Shown here piece after piece: positions 51,301 through 64,000 of a DNA stretch of 64,000 bases. The notes below the pieces were generated by a model. It was not told the origin of the DNA. It did not search any database and was given only the letters and a program-made list of their open reading frames with translations. A program made the position numbers and the translations under genes. Position 1 is the stretch's first letter. Each line of letters begins with the position of its first letter. The stretch is from Ophelia neglecta (lineage: Eukaryota): contig OZ260666.1 of the NCBI GenBank assembly GCA_965285935.1, positions 32,302,001 to 32,366,000 on the forward strand. Direction: 5' to 3'.

Positions 51301-54300
51301 TCAGCTTCAAAGTATGTTTACAAGAAATCGCCTTGTTTAAAGGGTGGCGTATTCTCAGTCCCATCATTTTCCACCAATTTACAACTTCCAGGCATACCAT
51401 TCTCAGATGGGAGGAATCTTATTTATTGATTTTGGACATATCTGTTGGGGAGATTGTAAAGAGACAATTTAGAGACTGGGAAATGATTGCCCGAAGCCAA
51501 GGGTTTTCCTAACCATCCCTGCATTCCCCATATAGATAGAACAATATCCTGAGGACAGCATCAACAATGGAGGGCCTTGATGTAGAGAACAAGGATTATC
51601 AAGAACAGATAACAAGTCTGAGACTACCACAATGAGGCATGCAGAAGAACAGGGCAAGTCCATGGTAGATACTAACTACAACACATGCATCTTTGTCTCA
51701 TAACTTGAAATCCATCAGTTCTGGGCAGTTTTCATACAAACTAGCTCGTCTTATGGAAAAAATAAGAACATTTGATTTACTTCAGGTCTATAATACAATC
51801 ACATTGTAATCACCACTTTATTAGATTCTCAGTAACATTAATAAAATTGCTTGCTCAGTTCTAGAGCCTGTTGAATAGCAGTTTGCCCTCTTTCAGTGAT
51901 TTATAGCAGGCGTGTAGCCCCGGCTCTAAAGTGACATCCAGCAGTCTAGAACTCTTCACCCTCAACACACTTCTCAGGTGTGCCTTCCTGATTTACATAA
52001 CACCAGGGATAAAAACCGAGGGAGGAAATCTAAGCTGGAGACACACACAAAGGGAGGAGCCCTAATGAGCTCATTGCTAAAAGGAGACACCCAGTGGCTG
52101 CTTCCATGCCATGTTCAGCCCCGGCAGACACCTACACAGTTGCTAGCCATCTGATCTTCAGAACAGGACAAAGCCACAAGGAAGACTACGGACTACAGAC
52201 GAAAATCAGACATAAAGAAATGTGGACTTAATTAAATGATACCATTTTGCCTGCTTTAAAAGCAATTTCTATTGCCAAAAAACTAGAAGAGAGTTTCTGC
52301 AGAGATTTACCAGCTTCTGCAGCTCATGTACATGACTGTGTAACTTCATGTGGTGGCTGTACGTTGAGTGTTTAAAACTTCTTTCATAAAAACATGTTGT
52401 TTTATGATAGTTGAAGGACTGGACAAAGTGTTCTATACATGCTCACAGTCTAGTTTTCTCATACTACAAGAGCTACTCTAGTTACCAGTACATGTACAAC
52501 TCTGTCATATTTGCTGCTGCTAAACTTGATTTTCTGCAACATAAGAGCAGACAAAGCTTGATACTTAATGTCACAGAATTCTTACTTGTTACCATAATCT
52601 ATTTATTTTGTTGAATTTATTAGGTTTGGTCTGTATATTGGGGATCTAAGTAGTCTACAAGACAAATTGGTGATTGTATTATTAGAAAAAAGTTTCTTTT
52701 CCCTGTTCAAATCGGGGCTCCAGCTAACAGACATTCATACAAGACAGACACATCCTCCAGTTTTATATGTATGTGATTACAGCAGCAATGCTCGGCCATA
52801 CCGACAAACTGGATTTAAAGAAAGGGACAATCAGTTCACCATCTGATAAGTTCTACAAAATGGGAAGGAAATACACCATTTTACCATCAACTACGCTGAA
52901 ATTGTCAAGTTGTGGCCTCTCATCCAGACTGCATGTTGGGAGTTTCCTGGGAAAACTTGGATCCACATATAAATGGAAGTGTAGGAAATTCACCAGGGAT
53001 TTGGCCCGCTCTCCCCAAATCACTAGAATGCACTCAATCCCTCCACCATAAACACAGTAAATGCAATTAATGCAGGTCTGGTGGTATTTATACTAACACA
53101 AGGGTTTCAGGACAGGAACATAGAAATGGGATTCACAGTGTCAACCACATTTGGACCCATCTCGCTGTACAAAGCCAGAAGGGCATTATATCAAACAGTC
53201 TCTTCTAAATTGGCTTATTTTGCACAAAGAAACGCGTGGGCTTTAATGGGAGTAATTTTATAAGCACCAGACAAGAGTTGCTTTTCCTGACCTGAGAATG
53301 GTACTAAAATACTGCACATTTTCTCTCTAAAATGTTTTTCATGCAAGGAATCAAAAAAAGTCATCTGATTGAAACTTGCTGATCTCATTTAAATTGACTG
53401 GTATTGATGCCATCCATGCCTATACAGGGGCTCTGAGAATGCCAGCAACTACACAAAACACAAAGTCTTTAGAGATATTCCCTCAGGACCTATCTGGGCT
53501 CATTACATTCTTTATATTTCTAGGGCATCATTAAAGACCCTGTTTGAAGGTAGAGGGCTACATATACAGTACTCTCCTGGGCGAGCATTCAGATTTGGTA
53601 ATTCGCTGACATACTTCCTAGCTGAGCGTTTGATGAGTCCGGAGACTGTCTGCCTTTCCCAAAGGCATCAGACGCCAACAGAAAGTGTCGCCGCCAGAAT
53701 CAATTTTCTCTAAAAGTCCCTCCTGCAAGGTAGATGCTGTGATTGCACTCGCAGCTTCCCCCACTAATGTAGCTGTATGTTTTTCCACTGCTGATTAACC
53801 ATGTAAGAGATGTAAAGGTAGGAGAGAAGACCACGGGACTGGTGGACTCAGTGGCAGCAGACAGGTCAAATACTGTAGGCCAACTGAAGAAACAAGTTTA
53901 ATATATACCCGGTATTGTACATATATCTTTACTGAAATACACCCCTCAAAGCATGTCCTTGTCAAAGATTCATACCTGTGTGTCTGTGAGGTCATCACAG
54001 AAAACCAAGGTTGAATTTCTCAGGTAATCACTGACAGTCCATCCTAAAATACTCCTGGGTAAAAGTAAATGTAGATCACTTACAGAAGCAAGTTAGAAAA
54101 CATGTAAGATGGGGAAGGAAAAAATCAAAAATCCTAAAGAATGGGACAAGATCAACTAAGGACTTCAGGACACCGTGCCTGCAGCAAGATGTCTGATGGT
54201 GCTATATGAGAAAGGCTACCACACACCTAGACTCCTAGAGTGAATACAGCAGACATTTTGGCAATAAACTGCAGGCCACACTTCCTAATCACCTAGAAGT

Positions 54301-57300
54301 AATTAGACTCATTAGTAAACTGCTCTGCTGTAGCTGGAGGCTGGCCTGCTGATGGAGCACTCAGGCACACCTCACTCTCACCTACTTCATGACATTGGTC
54401 AATCAGGTGTAAAGGGAAGGAAGTGGAATATGAATGTATTCCCCTTCAAGACTACACTTAGCCTCTTTGTCTCCAGGGCTGCCATTAACTAGTCAGGGCA
54501 ATGCAGCATGCTTGGACATATGGTCAAGTGTGCATTATGGCATTCAAATCTGCCTACCTGGATTGTGGAGACAGGTATCAGTAGCCAAGGTAGTTCACCA
54601 GCGTCCACTACAGTTGTAAAAACAGTTGTTAAACACAATAACATCATTGAGAAATGCTGGCTTTTGGCATGTATTTCCTCAGTTCCAAATTTCATAAATT
54701 GTTTTTTTAAAGCCTTAATATTATAGGTAGATGATTGTCAAAACTCTTTGGAGCATAAGAACCGTGTCCAAAGAAGATGAATATATAGATTTTTTTAAAG
54801 TTATATAGCTTATCTTATAATTGATAATAAATCTTAGGGAAACTGATGGTTTTCTTGATGCAGTTTCTCAATGGGAGCCCGCTCCCTTTCATCTCCACAA
54901 TACTTCAGACCCCCTCCAACACCATTACATGTATTTTTTCATTGAGCTTAATATGCATGCATTATTAAGTCTAGGCATGTGTTTGAGAGATGAGAAGAGA
55001 CAGTGACCTAATGGCATTCAACTGTGATTCATAAAGAAATCTAAAACACCATACGATGACACCAACAAAGTACATACAATATCTGTAGCTGCCTCAGGCA
55101 TTAACGCAACCCTGGTCAGGCAAATGGGAAAAATGTCATTCCATTCACAAGGTTGTCTATCCCTTGTCAGTGGTTTCTGCCCACATATTCAGGGCACTGC
55201 CCCTCCAAGAGGGGAGAACCAAGGGGGTGCCAGTCAACCAATAGATATTACCACATCTTGTCTATTATTTATATCTATACCTGCATTAATTTTGTAAAGA
55301 TCAAAGAATTACATTTGTTTCCTTTGACATCAATGTGGCTCATAAATTATTTCCAAGCCCATAATTCAGAGTACATGTCAACATCAACAGTGTGAGAGCT
55401 ACTACAAGATAATAATATCAAACCTGCACTTGCTACAACTCCCATGAATAATACCAAGTAAGTATAGACAGGTCAGGGTCCTACAGCAAGCATAGCAATA
55501 CAAATACTGTCTTTTATCTATATCCAAAAATTTTAAGTTGTGGAACATATCTTATTCAGTTAAAAATAAAAATGATGATGTTCCCATCATGACCAATAAT
55601 AATTATTTCAAAGTCTAAACAGCAGTAGTTATAAATGATTAATGATATCATTAACCTCACCATAAGCCTTACTTATCATTGAAATAATAACACGTCTGCT
55701 TCATAGAACAGAGGTAAACAATCACAACTTGGATAAATCTGGACCACATTCTCGACAGGGGATTTGTGGATAGAAACATATTTAGGTTTGACTTTTGATG
55801 TCCAATACTCTATCTAGTCAGCTCCAAATTGTAAATCATTCATAAAGCTGAGTATCAGGCCACCAAATCTACAAGACATGACTAGTTTTTCATGATGTCT
55901 ATACTTTTTTGTTATTGTTTCATTAATGCATAGCTCTAGATACCCATGCTGTAGAACGGGATGGGTCTGCCGGGAGAGGAGGGGTTCACTTCTTACTGGG
56001 CCGGATGACTAACTCCCCTCCAACAATGGTATGGTATAATAAAACACACTGACATGTTGTATAATTTTGCCTGTGAATAGCTTGCACTATTACACATAAA
56101 TTTAAGGTGTCTTCAGGATAAACCTACATAACCAAAAGCGAAATGGTCCATAGTTGTGCTATAATCAAACATGTTTGGTGGCGGTGTCCTTTGTGCAGCC
56201 ATCCGACTAGTTTTTTTTAGCGCACTTCATTTGACAAGTATTTTTCTATGCATTACCACGGCATGCTTGCAGCATATTATTGTAATGAGTAGGTTTTGTT
56301 AGAAGGAGAACTTATGATAGTTATGCCCTGTCATGTCATCGCACATACAGGTATTTGTCTGCTTAGCAGTGCTCATGTCTGACATCCCATATCCTAGCGA
56401 AAATCTCCTAGCTTTATTATTAACCTGCATGATCAGAGAGACGCAATATCATTCAGCGGGTTTAATTCAATCAAGTGGGGTCACCGTGGTGGGCACTGTA
56501 CAGCGTTGGGATGGGCTCTCATCCTTTGTGAATCAAGTGCCTGCAGACGTCAGCATATGAAAACCTGTGTAACACTTAACAATCAGACGGGTACCATTGA
56601 GTAGGGAGAACAGAGGAATTCCTCTGTCTCTAGGACTACAAACCAGGCAATGCCTACAAAGTCATTCTGTCACATATATTGCACTCATACATACTAGAAT
56701 ATCGCTAACCATTTAAGGGAAAACCTTTACAGCTTGATGGGTTACACCCTCATGTCTAAGATCTCATAAACATGAAATAAAATAATCCACAAAAATGTGT
56801 TAAGAGCTCTAGAAGGCTGCTCTTAATACAAGAAGTGGTGTAGTCAACCAGAGGTATTGCTCACCGGAGTCTATTATCTGGCCACAAACCATGTATGCAT
56901 GTTTATGGAATTCCTCAAGAATCTTACCAGAATATTTGCCCCTAAAAGCCCCTCTTAGGATCCCATCAAACTTGTCCTGTGCAGCAAACAAGTAGTTGGG
57001 GATGTTTCTAGGCCACTTATCTCACTCCTCGGGTAACCTTGAGTGGGATCTGATCAGTTAAGGTTTACCCACTTCAGAACACTGCCAATTTGAGAAAAGG
57101 TAACCCAGGTCATAGTTGGCAGCAATACTTTTTTGTTGGCTTTGAATTCTTTGCCTGTCATGCACATGTAGTGTATAATAAAGAGTAAAAAATTGTATTC
57201 CTGACTGATGAGTGGCAGACAATAAAAAGCAGAGATGGATTTATGTACAATGGATTATGAGCCAGAGAAGGTGGTGGGTCCACTCATAGAGTGTCGTCAT

Positions 57301-60300
57301 ACCATATCGAGGAGTACCGGTATGTCCATGCTTTTTGAATGATGTAGAACTACACTTGAGGGTGAACAGACTAAAACACAGAACACCTACAGGCTATACT
57401 ACCTACATTCACAGATACAGGTACAGAATCCTAATCCCCAGGCTATGCATGCTGATAGAGAAGCAAACACAGGTGATTTTTTTGAAGGGGAATTGTCTGG
57501 CAATGAAAACAAAGAGATAAAAAATAGGGACCAGGTTTTCAGAAGCTATATGACACCTAGCAAGGTCCCTAAGCTCACCATTATAAAAGGAGCAATATGA
57601 AAGAAACTATCTTGGGCAAATACACTGTTACAGGTGATAGGGAAATAATAATGCAATACGGACTAAAGCAATGCTTTAAATAAATACTGAGGTTTTCAAT
57701 ACTTATAATGCTTGAGGCTGCATAGCTTCACAGTTTATTGGTTTCTTTCTCTGTGTTGCAACTCCTCATAGTAGAGTGTGAGAGAAGACTTAAAGGGCAT
57801 TAAGAAAGAAATGTATTCAATATTAATTTAGAAATGATGTGACCTTAAGTGATAAAAAATGTGCGAGCAGAGAAACAAACACTTTTATAATGCTTCTAGT
57901 CTGCAATAGTATAAGATCATTTATTTATTTTGTATTTATATAATAGGTTTGAACTAGGAACGCCACCTGAAATCTAATTATTCACTTCTCCAGATCATTC
58001 TTAGTATCAGTCATATGGCATAGGCATTTCAACTTTTCAAGTTGACAATGCATCATTTCCATATTTTTATGGGGAGGGGGTCAGAAATCTTTTATAACTT
58101 AATACACATTACCATTAGTCTATGCAATTAATCTCTAATGCACTGATGTCATTACTTTCATAGGCACACTCGTTCAAGAAGAATGAGATTTCTACTTTTT
58201 CTGCAATGGTGATGGGCTATCTGACTGCAAAATTAAAGTACCTTTATCCAAACACAAACTAGCTTCAAATTACTAGTCACCCAAACTGTCACTTGCTTTA
58301 ACTACCCTCTGAACCCTGATTGCCTTATATAGATATTGTTATCTAGTCATAAAGTCTCCAGTTCCCTAGGCAACCTCCAATGATTTCAGCTGGCCCCCCA
58401 GTCACTCTGCTCCAGAACTGGTCAGGAGACAAAGGTTAATGACAACATTTTGAAGACATTATTTCAGACAGTACCAAGAAGAATGGGCATGCAGCATGCC
58501 TAGCATGTCAGCCATTAATCACTCCCATCACTGATCATGGTTATATTGTTCACAAAATGACAGCCAAAACACATGCCTTAATTTGGTGAAGTTTTAATGG
58601 TAAGAAGTTAACCAATAAAAACAGTGGGACACAAAAATTGCCTCCGGACAGTCACTGGCCACCAAAGTTGACACGGTGAAGTTTCATTGATGACAAACTT
58701 AACTCTGGAACTCGCAAGTTCAAAAAAAGTTGCAATCCTTTCCTTTCATCCACATATCAGAATAAGCTGGTGAGATTTAGTAAATGCAGTTTCTGTTTAA
58801 CACTAGCGATTAAAAAACAAAAAAACTTCCAGTATAGATCAAAAGGAGGAGAGACAGATGGGGCCTATCGTGGCTCCCAAGTGGCCCTGTAAGCGGTGCT
58901 GACAAGTGGGCCGTGTGATAGCTGGGTTGGACTGGACGTCAAACAACCACAAGTCTGAGTTCTGACACAGGTGGGGTCAAAGGCACACCATCCACCGCCC
59001 TATATAACAGGAGTGGTAAGCGGGACAGGCCAACATCTCAGATATGATAATATTTGTTAGTAACCGCCAGTCAAATTAGAGATCACCTCCAATAATATAT
59101 TTCAGGCTGAGTAAGTCTATCCATCTGACTTGAAGTTTTAATCAAAGTGACAGGCCGACAGACAGACCATAGACCCCTAGACGGAGTTCCCAGATTCACA
59201 CAAGGATATTTCTTTGATTTTCTCTACCAGATTATCAAAATGTTTCTTGTAGTAGAGCTGCACCCAATTCAGACAAACAGGCGATTTTATCAAGTCAACA
59301 CTGCACAATATGAGAGCACTCGAGGGTCCTTGTAGACTGGCAGCTTAACGCAGGGCTACAGCCTACAAGTACAGCCACCTGTACTAGTTGAGTGTATAAT
59401 TAATATAATAGACAGAGGCATTCATCAAACCTAAGTTTGATTATTATTCTTAATAGGAAGTTGTGGTCTGAGCAGAATCAAACAATTTAAACAGTTAATA
59501 TCTACTTAAAGGCAATACATTCGAACAATAATTGATCAATAATACTGGGAGTTAAAAGTAACAGTGGTCATGTGTTGTTTGTCAATGACTTTTGACGTAC
59601 TCCAGATTGTAGACATACATAAGTTGCTGTTCACAGTCTACAGAGCTTACATTCATGTCATGAATTGTGAGTTATGGGATTCAGGCATAATTTGGAACAA
59701 TATTGACAATACCCTATATGTGATGGTGGGAGACAACGCTTCTCCTCAACGCTCACAATTGCCAACAAATATTGTCATAATTGAACCAACTTGTCGAGGT
59801 CGAACACAGGGCAATTTTCTTTCCCCTAATTCAGACTAAATGCGGTTGTTTCACACATCAAATACATTCATCTACAAGTGATTATATCGTGGAATCGAGG
59901 AAAAAACCGGCCAATGTCAATAAAATTTGCACCAGATATTTTTGTGTTGCATCACATATTGTTTAATGAAAATGGGCATTACAAATTATAAGCCCAGAGA
60001 GATGGCGTATAGAATATCTAAGTAAACAGACGGGCACATGATACTGTCACCACACGGGATTATCAATTATTATCACATTAGGAGAACTTAAATGGTGTTA
60101 TGTACAGTCTAGGCTGTGCTTTTATCGGTTACTATCAATAAATCTCTTTATTACAGTAGAAGGCTTTATTTATATTTTTAAAGTTGCTTTTGGGGCCTTC
60201 TATCTACTTTCAAGTTTGTTGTTGCATATTAAAAGTAAATATTGGAATAGTGCAATAATTCCACTTAACATGCTAAACATTCTACTTTACCACAAACCAA

Positions 60301-60334
60301 CTTCGTTTCTTCACCAATTCGTGTTCAGCGAAAT

Positions 60335-60367
60335 ACTTACCTGCAATAAAAAAGTAAGTCATTAGTC
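60335..60367 (-). other. Candidate recursive splice site (ratchet point) RS1, junction 60341/60340
   Basis: Minus strand reads attGACTAATgacttacttttttattgCAG|GTAAGTattt: branch-point consensus with the A at about -22, an AG-free pyrimidine tract, and a 3' splice site directly abutting a perfect 5' splice site. Confidence 0.75.
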
Positions 60368-63300
60368 AATGAATACAAGATCAAAAGGAAATAAATGTAT
60401 GCAAAATACACAGTTACTCAACCAATTACATCATAATATATATTTTTTAGAGTTCTTTGCTAGCTATGAGTTTGACTGCAGGGCATAACTAAGAGAGCCT
60501 GGGGAGGTTTAAGTACATGTTTTGTCAGCCGGTTTAGGGTGGGGAGAATGTGAGACACTTGATGAAAGCTGCCCCCTGACCCTCCGACATGACCTTGTGG
60601 TATATTTTCCCTGTTGCCTGGTGATATAATACCAAGTCGCTGGTTGATATGTTGATATGTAAATGCTGGTTCATGTTGATCTGCATCTATTGTGAAATAC
60701 TAGTGGTTGGCATGGCAAATGAAAGGCTGACAGACAGCATCAACTGGTCTAACCACACCATATAACAAGAATAACATGTTAAGTGCTTTTAACATGAACA
60801 TTTAGTGGATAGACAATACTAATAGAGTGTTAGATGTATTGTGGGGAGGAACCCCTTCCCTCTGTGATACATCATAGGAGCAAAGGAATAAATATGAAAA
60901 GTGACACAAGTCATTGCTCAGCTGAAAGGCCTCTTCATGTAAATTGGAAATTGAATGAGGAGTATTGGACCAGATGAGAATTGTAAAGCAGGCAATTTTG
61001 TTCAATTTTCCTTGATTCCCAGCATCCCAAAGTAAAAATGATCCAACCCCTACATGTTAACATGTTTTAACCTTTTGGGTTTATCTTTAATGCTACATTA
61101 GGATGTTTTACTAACTAGTTTGATCAAGTTGATAGTATGCAGCTTGCTGTCCCATTTTCTTGTTTCCTTCGTACTTTTGATATAATACAGAAACCGAGTT
61201 GGCTGTGACAAGCTATAATCAGCCTGCCAGTCAGTGCTTTTCTATGCAGGCCTGTGTCTGTATTTGGGGTGAGCGGGTTGCACGTTAGGGAGCCAAGGAT
61301 AAAGCACTGGTTTTCCATACCTGGTGGGGTGACTTGTGAAGGGTCAAGGGGCACCCTACACCTCAGTGGCCCCATGGGTAACTAAATACTGGGTACACAC
61401 CAGCACTGTGTTATTGAGGAGAAAGCCTCAGTCGGGACTAAGTGCACAATTCTATACTGGCTAGGCCCTGTTAAGACAGTCAACTAGTGCTATAAACCAG
61501 GTTTTATATTGATAAACACATCTGACATGGTCACAATGGGATCTCTGACAATAACAACCTGACAGGTCAGAAATATCTGTCCATGTTTGAAAGTAATCAT
61601 AGTAACAGAATAAAAGGGAATTAATACAAGCTTAAACGTGTGAACAAACTGGCCATGAGACAATACAGTCATCATTCTTTAGTTCCACAGGTGACACCCA
61701 TGCTCCTGGTATAAGCTGGTTGTCAGGACAGGTTTGCTCTAACCAGCTTATTGTTTCACCAGGCCCACAAGCAGTGCATTAATTCAGTTTCAGATTTCAA
61801 GGCCCTTGATTGAGGGTCACCACATCTGCATGCTGACATTCAGAGCATTTATCCCAAAGTGCTGAGATATTTATAAGATTCAATGCAAACAATTTGCATT
61901 GCCATGACAAAATGAACTTGACACCCTCTAAATCACCAAGATCTGCTCTTGGGGTCTGGCTGGAGTCTATGTCCTCTGGTTGAGCAGTCAGAGCTAAACT
62001 GACAGTCATGGGGTCAGATTGGAGCAATGCTAAGCAAACATTGCCAAGAAGGCAGCATCACTTCATTAGGAGGGCTATACATACATAACTACAGACCTCC
62101 CAGAGAAAAACAGCATTTACTGGCAGGCCCTACGGCCATACAATTAGATCTAGTCAGGGCCAGGAATCATTGAGTCAGAAATGATTTTCAGAGTTCAAAC
62201 TCAGTCAAGTGACTGTTGCTTATCCTCAGCCAGAAATCAGACTTTAACTTCCAGATGATATCTTCTGCCTCCGTCTGCTTCAAAAGTCTGGTCTATGGCG
62301 CAATCTTCTGAGGTTACACCATCAATTATATCTGGGTACATTTCTCTAGGCTAGCTAATGTAGGATTTCTATCTCTGAACAAGCATTGTCACACTCATAA
62401 ACTCAACACCTGCACCAGCTACCCGATAATTGATTTAATATATAAATGCATCATTGAATGTGGCCAATATAGCTCCCACATGAACATACCATACCCGAGG
62501 AACTTTTAACAGATTGGCCCAGTTTCCTATCTGAGCAGCACTCATACACAATGTTATAGTCTAACCATATGCTTCCCTTCAGATAACCCACACAATTCAT
62601 TCAGCAACAGCTTCTGCCCCATCAAAAGCTATGAGAATTCACAGGGCCGACCCTGAATCAATTTTTCATTTGGCAGACCAGCGAAGCCTTAATAATTCTA
62701 TGCATTCAGCTGCTGCAAGTAAGGGGCAGGAGATCGGGGATCAGTGCCATACAGGCATTGAATGTAATGGACAATACTCGGAGAATCCCTTAACCTAGGT
62801 GTCTCGCTCAGTCACCTGAATGTCTGCACCTTTATTGAGTTGGCTCCATAGTCTGACACCCACCGTCACATATTGCCTATTTTACTGCAATAAAGATTTC
62901 TATTCACACTGTGTACAATTTAACAACTTTACCAACACATGACCAGAAATATGACATTATCAATGTACAAGCAGAGATCCATTTCTTAGCAAGATAAAAT
63001 GTCATCATCTATCTATCTACCATAGTTAGTATCTGTAATGAGTGCAGCCTATTTTACATCTTATATTCCTTTGATATCTCTGAAATTCTGGTTTACATTA
63101 TAATGTCAAGCACAATTTAACTCATCACAAATAACTGAAAAATCATAATATCCAGTCAGAACCCATGTCTTTAAATTATCAGACTTTAAAAAAAGGAGGT
63201 AAACTTTGTGGGAAATATTCAGTTTTTCATAAATCGGAGGGAGAAAAAATATCTCAGTTGGTCTAGACATGCATTTGTGGACAGGACCAATTCCGACAAA

Positions 63301-64000
63301 ACTACCTATACACACATAGACTGAACAAGACAGATTGATGCATGTGTTAATTTTCTACAGACTTCTGGCTGTTGATTGGACGATTTCCTATCAGGCCCTA
63401 TATTTAACTTTTCTTACCCCTCTGACACACTATATGTGTTTGAACATCTGAAGGTAACATTTCATGTACACAGGCTTTAGCAAAAATGGTATCCGGTTTG
63501 TATTTTTCTCATTCAAACGTTCTTTGATGAAAAGTTGGTTTTACTGACAATTGTGGAAAATTGCATTCTGTACAATTTAACATCTTTAGCACAATACATG
63601 CAATTACTCTTTTATGGTCCACCCTGCAGTTCTTTATCTTGTGGTATACAAGTCTAGTTTTTCACTTGAAATGTACAACTGAAATGTACAGCTGAGAAAA
63701 GAATGAATCAACTAATTAAAAGCAATACTGTATCCCTGACAATGTATACTGTTTTGTGACAAGCACCAATCCTAAACTAGCATGCATGACATGTGTCCTT
63801 TTAAAAAAATCGAATAGGTTTAAACATTGTTGATCCCTGTTACATGTTGCCTCTGTTGTGGGGCAGACTGACAGTGACCAGCCCAGGACCTAACTCAGCC
63901 TTGTGATCATTGATCAGCTTGTATGTGCAATATGAAGTCAACAATCAAACAAACGTTTAACAGTCAAAGCTGGACAAATCACCCATATTAAGTGTTTACT

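Larger units (their letters stand above)
19401..64000 (-). other. Very long first intron of the ephrin gene (>44.6 kb; 5' end outside the window)
   Basis: No signal-peptide/YWN exon was found between 19401 and 64000. The region is CpG-depleted throughout like the rest of the gene body, and has no credible ORF. Confidence 0.7.

Noticed and set aside
19401-64000. Ephrin exon 1 or nested protein-coding, tRNA or snoRNA genes within the long intron
   Set aside because: No signal-peptide + (Y/F/H)WN exon ending in a phase-2 donor was found by eye, the short ORFs lack domain features, and no RNA-gene signature was recognised. Small elements could have been missed.

Overview
AT-rich animal genomic DNA, most likely from an invertebrate bilaterian and probably a lophotrochozoan (inferred from the GPCR type and mosaic CpG depletion). 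All recognisable genes are on the minus strand. (1) About 57 kb of the window is the body of an ephrin gene that the ORF track misses. I assembled six coding exons by hand (19277-19400, 17239-17410, 15646-15750, 12158-12295, 11061-11189, 9953-10125). They have canonical GT-AG boundaries and consistent phases, and encode 279 aa: an ephrin receptor-binding domain, a ~120-aa Ser/Thr/Pro-rich stalk and a GPI-type C-terminus. Exon 1 was not found and probably lies beyond 64000, so intron 1 is >44.6 kb. (2) An intronless rhodopsin-class peptide-receptor-like GPCR lies at 3771-4835. (3) A probable 3-exon orphan gene lies at 52-1897. The main discovery candidate is two consensus recursive-splicing (ratchet) sites in ephrin intron 1, each branch point + pyrimidine tract + CAG|GTAAGT, at 60341/60340 and 45283/45282, 15 kb apart. 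Also notable are a 35/38-nt tandem array that copies the exon-6 splice donor 11 times and could yield secreted ephrin, a self-complementary 25-nt array in the likely 3' UTR, and a sharp CpG boundary near 6.3-6.9 kb that marks the gene end.
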